Of a stretch of 9,746 nt of DNA, positions 1 through 4,975 are shown one piece after another. The translations under genes and the position numbers were made by a program. The stretch's first letter is position 1, and each line of letters starts with the position of its first letter. The stretch lies in the NCBI GenBank assembly GCA_964648855.1, contig CAZYLT010000041.1:1-9746 (forward strand). Direction: 5' to 3'. The notes under the pieces are model-generated. The model did no database searches. It saw only the letters and a list, made by a program, of their open reading frames with translations, and was not told where the DNA came from. Source of the DNA: an uncultured archaeon. GTDB lineage: Archaea; Asgardarchaeota; Thorarchaeia; Thorarchaeales; Thorarchaeaceae.

Positions 1-24
1 GTCCCCTATTTTTCTTATTTTTCA
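1..24 (+). terminator. 3' arm and T-tract of a probable hairpin terminator of an upstream gene (truncated by the window edge)
   Basis: GTCCCCTATTTTTCTT (1-16) is identical to 4848-4863, the right arm plus T-tract of the hairpin after the first SBP gene. Confidence 0.55.
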
Positions 25-60
25 AAAATCTTTCACTTACCATATTGCTTCGAGAGCGAT

Positions 61-69
61 ATCTATAAG
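61..69 (+). promoter_or_regulatory. Putative archaeal TATA box (ATCTATAAG)
   Basis: Lies about 37-45 nt upstream of the ATG at 106. The same motif recurs upstream of the next two genes. Confidence 0.45.
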
Positions 70-105
70 CTAATTTTCTTCATGGTTAAGAAATGAGTGA
101 TTCGC

Positions 106-975
106 ATGACAGTAAGGCGGAGTCAATTAATTCTAAGCATTCTCTCTGGATTGCCGCTTTTGATAGGATCTGTCTTCGCCCTTCTTGTACTCGACTCATC
201 AACAATTGGGAATATCATATCCAGTTCGCAGGGGTACAACCTCGGAGAAATTATTATCCAGTCTATAGTATCTATTGCCTTAGGAATGCTTGTTGTGTTC
301 TCTTTATTCCAGCTAATTCAAAGAAGAGGCCGCAGGGCAAGGAAACTTGTCATTGCTTTTCTTATATCCCCAATTCTTTATTTTGTTTCTGTGTTCATTG
401 GGGAGGCTTTCCTCTTGCTTCTGTTCAAGGGTTCTCGGAATGTCTTTCAGGGATTTATCCTTATACTATCACTTGGCATTTCGATGTTATCATTAGTCAT
501 GATTGTCATGGACGCAATCCCCACTCCAGTTAAGAACATCTTCGTGTCGTTCTATGGTAGTATCTTCGGAATATTTCTCGGAATCACAATGGTGACACCA
601 ACAATGTTTGTTGTTGTCATATCCTTAATTGTGGAAGACTATTTACTTACTCGTCATTCTCCGGTCGCAGACGATGCAATAATGTCTGGACGCATTGGAG
701 CAGACCCTTTCGACTACACCCGCATTCAATCCGAGTCAGTGTCAATCGGAGTTGGTGACTATATTGCATACGCATTGATTTCAGCGCATGCATTTGTGTT
801 CTTACCGTTCCATGTTTGGGCAATGTCCATGTTACTAGCATCAGCAGGAGTTATTGTTAATGTGTTTGTGTTTGCCGAAGAAGATAGCCTCCTTCCCGCC
901 ATACCTCTGCCGGCAACCTTAGCGTTGATCCCTTGGATTGTACATATATTGGTCCTAAGCGCGATTATAGTATAG
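106..975 (+). CDS. Presenilin-family (peptidase A22, GxGD-type) intramembrane aspartyl protease
   Basis: About 9 hydrophobic segments. TM6-like LIVEDYLL (Asp codon 637-639) corresponds to presenilin YD, TM7-like SIGVGDY (Asp codon 757-759) is the GxGD motif, and LLPAIPLP (Pro codon 895-897) is the PAL motif before the last TM. The ORF track starts at GTG 97; ATG 106, preceded by SD-like GAGTGA, is more likely. Confidence 0.85.
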   Translation: MTVRRSQLILSILSGLPLLIGSVFALLVLDSSTIGNIISSSQGYNLGEIIIQSIVSIALGMLVVFSLFQLIQRRGRRARKLVIAFLISPILYFVSVFIGEAFLLLLFKGSRNVFQGFILILSLGISMLSLVMIVMDAIPTPVKNIFVSFYGSIFGIFLGITMVTPTMFVVVISLIVEDYLLTRHSPVADDAIMSGRIGADPFDYTRIQSESVSIGVGDYIAYALISAHAFVFLPFHVWAMSMLLASAGVIVNVFVFAEEDSLLPAIPLPATLALIPWIVHILVLSAIIV

Positions 976-1021
976 GGAAGAATTGAAATTTCTGCGCAGA
1001 GCGGAAGTAAGATAACACTAC

Positions 1022-1030
1022 ATCTATAAT
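1022..1030 (+). promoter_or_regulatory. Putative archaeal TATA box (ATCTATAAT)
   Basis: 22-30 nt upstream of ATG 1052, matching the motif at 61 and at 2649-2657 (minus). GAGAGGA SD-like sequence follows. Confidence 0.45.
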
Positions 1031-1051
1031 CAGAAAAAGAGAGGACTAGTA

Positions 1052-1591
1052 ATGATAGCTGACACCAAACCTCAAAACATCATTGTAATTGCCATGATTA
1101 TTTTTGGCATTGTTAGCGGTATCGGTATTGCAACCACAGCCAATTATTATGGTGGAAGCTATGTTATCGTGAAATATCTCGATATTGATTTGCAGGAAGT
1201 AAGAGTGAGAAATCTCAATCCTGATAATCTCACTGTTAATCCAGCTATACAACTGGACTTCTCCATTGTAGCTCCCGAGGCCAGTGCAGGAGAGGCTTAT
1301 GTGACTTTTCTCACTGCTAGTGTGTATCTGAACGGCGACAAGTTGTCTTACGCCAGTTTTAGAAGGAGTATCCCTTCTGAGCATAGGACCGTGACTCCCG
1401 GTTATGATCAAACCTTCACGATAACAAGTTCAATACGTGAACCAATAGACAAATACACCCTTTACAACGCATCAGCTGACGAAGAGTGGGTTTGGGGCAT
1501 CACGCTTACAATATTCTATGACGTCTTTGATTCACCAGGTGACCAAGTACGTGTTCTTGCATTTAGCTATGAAGGCTATGAAGAACCCTAG
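1052..1591 (+). CDS. Membrane-anchored hypothetical protein, possible LEA_2/WHy-like beta-sandwich domain
   Basis: Single N-terminal hydrophobic segment (IIVIAMIIFGIVSGIGIA), then alternating beta-strand patterns (IQLDFSIVAP...FLTASVYLNGDKL...TVTPG...TFTITS) resembling LEA_2/WHy proteins. Sequons NLT and NAS are present. The CDS is likely real; the fold call is tentative. Confidence 0.65.
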   Translation: MIADTKPQNIIVIAMIIFGIVSGIGIATTANYYGGSYVIVKYLDIDLQEVRVRNLNPDNLTVNPAIQLDFSIVAPEASAGEAYVTFLTASVYLNGDKLSYASFRRSIPSEHRTVTPGYDQTFTITSSIREPIDKYTLYNASADEEWVWGITLTIFYDVFDSPGDQVRVLAFSYEGYEEP

Positions 1592-1598
1592 TCATCCG

Positions 1599-2615
1599 CT
1601 ATTTTGACATCTTCTTCTTTAGCCTGGATATTATTGGAACCCCCACTGAGTCAACATCATTCAAGAGGGCAAGTTGAAATGACACTTCGTCAAAGAAGTG
1701 GGTAAAAGATAGGGCTTCAGCTACCTTGTCATCGAGCTCTATTCTGATTTCAATAACCTCCACCGCTTCCTCCTCATATAGCTCCTTGGTCACGTCGAAC
1801 CGTTTTGACATGCTTGCGCTCTCAAAAGAACTGCGCATCATAACCGCTGTGATAGCATGCTTTGAATAGGTCGATATTGCTTCCACTTCATTATGATTTG
1901 CTTCTGGTATGGAAGCGTGGAAAGCTGCGCTCTTGGCATTCTCATTGATCTGACATTTCGCTCTATAGGACACTGCATCCAGATGATGCGCTCCCATAAA
2001 GACCGGGATCTTATTTTGAATCCTCTCAGACAAGCATCTAGGTTTAATAATCTGAGACCCCCATTTCTCTTTCGCAGCCTTGACGGCTCTTCTAGTACGC
2101 TCTAGGTTGCACTCTTCTAGGCCCGTCAGAGTCCTAATAAGATGGTATTCTGCAGAAAATATCAGGGGCAAAGCAGCTCTCGGCTGTAGCCCACCAGGAA
2201 GTGGAACAGTTCTCTTTTGTTCACCGGTCTGAGTCAGCTTTCCACCTGAACTAATAATGAAATACTCACATCCTCTTTGTTTGGCATCTGCAAAACAGGA
2301 TAGAGTTTCTTCTGTATTACCTGAGTAGCTAACAGCTATGACTATCCAGCCATCGTCAACATATCTTGGCAAGACATAATCCCTGATTGGAATGAGGGGA
2401 ACTCGAGATTCTCCAATCAACAATCGACTACAGTACTGTCCCGCGATTGAGCTCCCTCCCATTCCTGCCATGACAACGCCCCGTGGTGAATCTGATGACA
2501 TCATTCTGGCTTCATTCTGAACAATATCGGGAAAGCCAAATACCCCAATCATCTCTGGGAAAAAATCAATCAAATCTTTCATGCTAGATTTGTTCAAGTC
2601 AGTAGGAAGACTCAT
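1599..2615 (-). CDS. Bifunctional phosphoglucose/phosphomannose isomerase (SIS-domain PGI/PMI)
   Basis: Hallmark motifs GMGGSSIAG, SYSGNTEETL, SSGGKL, QPRAAL, KCQINENAK and PEANHNE. The longest ORF starts at 2645, but ATG 2615 (preceded by AAGGGA and correctly spaced from the TATA-like motif at 2649-2657) is preferred. Confidence 0.92.
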   Translation of the reverse strand: MSLPTDLNKSSMKDLIDFFPEMIGVFGFPDIVQNEARMMSSDSPRGVVMAGMGGSSIAGQYCSRLLIGESRVPLIPIRDYVLPRYVDDGWIVIAVSYSGNTEETLSCFADAKQRGCEYFIISSGGKLTQTGEQKRTVPLPGGLQPRAALPLIFSAEYHLIRTLTGLEECNLERTRRAVKAAKEKWGSQIIKPRCLSERIQNKIPVFMGAHHLDAVSYRAKCQINENAKSAAFHASIPEANHNEVEAISTYSKHAITAVMMRSSFESASMSKRFDVTKELYEEEAVEVIEIRIELDDKVAEALSFTHFFDEVSFQLALLNDVDSVGVPIISRLKKKMSK

Positions 2616-2648
2616 TCTCTGTCCCTTTGAAGAAAGAGAAGTCATGCA

Positions 2649-2657
2649 CTTATAGAT
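2649..2657 (-). promoter_or_regulatory. Putative archaeal TATA box (ATCTATAAG on the minus strand)
   Basis: CTTATAGAT on the plus strand is the same 9-mer as 61-69, located 34-42 nt upstream of ATG 2615. Confidence 0.45.
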
Positions 2658-2999
2658 TCATCTCCATTCTGCGAAACAGTCGAAGAATCAAGAACCGTGT
2701 CCTATACGCTTTCAGAATTTGAATTGAAAAGCATACTCTTGTGTAATTGGAAACACATGGAAGATGATATTATTGACAAGGATAATGTTATACAAACTAG
2801 AGAGGGCAGCATTCACATATGCAAGCGCTCTGGCTTCTTAGAATTGAATCTTGCTTATGAGAAAATGGCCCCTCTTCAACGGGACCTTTCACAAAAAATT
2901 CAGCTACGATGCTTGTGCGTTCATATACATAAAAATGCTTTACACTTCTCGTAATCATTTCCTTTCATCCGATTCGACTTGAGGAGATAGAGAAAAGAA

Positions 3000-4826
3000 A
3001 TGATGAACACAAAACGTAGGCAAGTTCTTGCAATGTCACTTGCTCTCGCCTTTATGTTTATGGCAATATCTCCGCTTTTTGTAACCGCTCAAGACTTGGG
3101 TGGTAACTGGAAAAGCGGTCCATATGTGAACAAAATTGTCTATAATGTAATCGAGGGTGATGACCAGCAGGTTCTTGCACTACAAAATGATGAGATCGAC
3201 CTCATCGGAGACATGGTCGACCCTCAGTTCCTTGACGCTTTGGTCGAGGCTGAGAATATCGACGTGGCAAACGTATTGAGGAATGGCTACGGGTATATTG
3301 TTATCAATAACCGTGATTATCCATTCAATATCACAGCATTCAGGAGAGCTCTTGCGTTTGCTGTGGACAAAGAAGCAATCTCTGCCAACGTCTGGGACGG
3401 ACTATCGGTACCACAAGATAGCCCCATACCGCAGGTCAACCCCTTCTCAATTGAGGGGCTGCTGCCTTACACCTACTATGAGGCAAATGTTGAACTTGGT
3501 AACCAGATGCTTGATGATGCAGGCTTTGCGATAGACACAGACACTGGTTTCAGGACCGCACCAAACGGTGATGCCTTTGATGTGGTTGTGGAGTGTGCAC
3601 AGTCTTCGCCCATCGCCATTGAAGTTGGTCAAGTGTTTGCTGAGGCATTACAGGATCTGCATATCGACGCAGTCTCAGTACCCACAGACTTCTACGAGTA
3701 TCTGAACAGGCTCTACTTCCATGGGGACTTCGATATGGTCTTCCTGGGTTCAAGCTTCACCACCTTTGACGTGGACTGGCTTGCGTATGAGTACTGGTCA
3801 GAGTATGCTACCGAAGACTACTGGAACTTCCCCATGTTCAAGAACGCATCCTACGATAGTTGGAGAGAACAGCTCCTCACCGCTACCGAATATGAGGACG
3901 TCTATGAGGCAGCTATCGAGATGCAAAGAATCTGGGTATACGAATGTCCTAATATCATTGCATACGAAAACACGTTGCTATCAGCATACAGAACTGACAG
4001 ATTTGAGGGCTTTGTCAACGACGTCAGCGATGGCGTTCCTGGTTATTGGACAAACTACCGAGTCCATCTGAAGGAGGACGTTGGAGATATTTTCGGCGGA
4101 ACTTTCCGCTGGAGCAATCCACTAGACATTGATTCCTTCAACTTCATGGTCACATCCTCTGCCTATTCTATGAACATCCTGAACATGCTGTACGACAGCC
4201 TTATTGTGCAGGATGAGAATGGTGAGGACGTCTTGTGGTTGGCGGAGTCCTATGAGGCTGAAACGAATGACGACAACCCTGCTGTTCCAGAAGGGTACAC
4301 TCGGTTCACGTTTGATATCATTCAGAACGCTACTTGGACCGATGGAACCCCACTGACGGCTGAGGATGTAGCATTCTCCCTCAACTACTTCCGTGATGCA
4401 CCCGGCAATCCATATGGAACCGACCTGACCGAGATGACCGCTGCCTATGCTCCAACCACATACAGAGTGGTTGTTGAGTTCCGCACTGAGTCATTCTGGC
4501 ACCTCCACACTGTTGGATACAAGCCAGTCTTCCCGAAGCACATCTTCGAAGATATCGGACTTGACGGTTGGAACCTCTGGAATCCAATCCCACCTGATGA
4601 CGAGATGGTGACCTCTGGTCCCTATAACGTATCAGATTATGTGGCCGGAGAGTTTGCAGAACTAACTCGCTACGACAACTTCTTCTACGGATTTGATTAC
4701 GGAGAAGGCCCCGGCGATGACGGCCCTAGTATTTCACAAGATCTACTGCTTGCGGTTGTAGCTGGTGCGGTAGGTGCAGCAGTAGTCATCCTCGTTGGTG
4801 GATACATCCTGATGCGACAGAGATAG
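3000..4826 (+). CDS. ABC transporter substrate-binding protein, family 5 (OppA/DppA-like), circularly permuted, C-terminally membrane anchored
   Basis: GAGGAG SD upstream. Sec-type signal peptide (MMNTKRRQVLAMSLALAFMFMAISPLFVTA). Family-5 motifs ALQNDEIDL, FRRALAFAVDKEAI, LAESYE, WTDGTPLTAEDVAFS and SGPY. C-terminal TM LLLAVVAGAVGAAVVILVGGYIL followed by MRQR. Confidence 0.93.
   Translation: MMNTKRRQVLAMSLALAFMFMAISPLFVTAQDLGGNWKSGPYVNKIVYNVIEGDDQQVLALQNDEIDLIGDMVDPQFLDALVEAENIDVANVLRNGYGYIVINNRDYPFNITAFRRALAFAVDKEAISANVWDGLSVPQDSPIPQVNPFSIEGLLPYTYYEANVELGNQMLDDAGFAIDTDTGFRTAPNGDAFDVVVECAQSSPIAIEVGQVFAEALQDLHIDAVSVPTDFYEYLNRLYFHGDFDMVFLGSSFTTFDVDWLAYEYWSEYATEDYWNFPMFKNASYDSWREQLLTATEYEDVYEAAIEMQRIWVYECPNIIAYENTLLSAYRTDRFEGFVNDVSDGVPGYWTNYRVHLKEDVGDIFGGTFRWSNPLDIDSFNFMVTSSAYSMNILNMLYDSLIVQDENGEDVLWLAESYEAETNDDNPAVPEGYTRFTFDIIQNATWTDGTPLTAEDVAFSLNYFRDAPGNPYGTDLTEMTAAYAPTTYRVVVEFRTESFWHLHTVGYKPVFPKHIFEDIGLDGWNLWNPIPPDDEMVTSGPYNVSDYVAGEFAELTRYDNFFYGFDYGEGPGDDGPSISQDLLLAVVAGAVGAAVVILVGGYILMRQR
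3369..3528 (+). repeat. Near-identical tract shared with the paralog (copy at 5339-5498)
   Basis: Offset 1970 nt. 10 mismatches in 160 nt, all transitions; only 2 mismatches (3462, 3515) in 3427-3528. Confidence 0.9.
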
Positions 4827-4836
4827 AAACAGTTCA

Positions 4837-4867
4837 AGGGGACACCTGTCCCCTATTTTTCTTTTTT
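4837..4867 (+). terminator. Hairpin plus T-tract terminator
   Basis: AGGGGAC-ACCT-GTCCCCT perfect 7-bp stem (4837-4854) followed by ATTTTTCTTTTTT, 10 nt after the stop codon at 4826. Confidence 0.75.
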
Positions 4868-4975
4868 CCATAGATTGAATAATCAAGATGCTTTTGTAGT
4901 TAGATTAACACAAGAATATTTCTCATCTGCTTAGTTAATCGCACGGTATGTTCTAAGAAGGCGGGATAGGAATCA

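Noticed and set aside
93-533. 146-aa alternative-frame ORF and the other short nested or antisense ORFs in the track (e.g. 647-841, 1046-1411, 1893-2105, 3283-3534, 3721-4071, 5322-5504, 5928-6251, 6880-7188, 8223-8435)
   Set aside because: They overlap motif-supported genes and have non-protein-like composition. The similarity between 3283-3534 and 5322-5504 merely reflects the shared DNA tract of the SBP paralogs.
2773-2800. TTGACA resembling a bacterial -35 box, followed by GATAATGTTAT (Fur-box-like)
   Set aside because: No -10 hexamer at 16-18 nt spacing, only a partial Fur-box match, and the context appears archaeal.
2697-2954. 85-codon GTG-started ORF in the divergent intergenic region
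   Set aside because: No clear SD, no motif, AT-rich, and it occupies expected promoter space. It cannot be supported as a gene from sequence alone.
3000-3030. KRR in the SBP1 signal peptide as a Tat motif
   Set aside because: It lacks the S/T-R-R-x-F-L consensus and the paralog has only KR, so a Sec signal is more plausible.
4700-4826. Archaeosortase (PGF-CTERM-type) sorting signal on the SBP C-termini
   Set aside because: A TM plus basic tail is present in SBP1, but no PGF/PEF-type motif precedes it and the two paralogs share no motif there.
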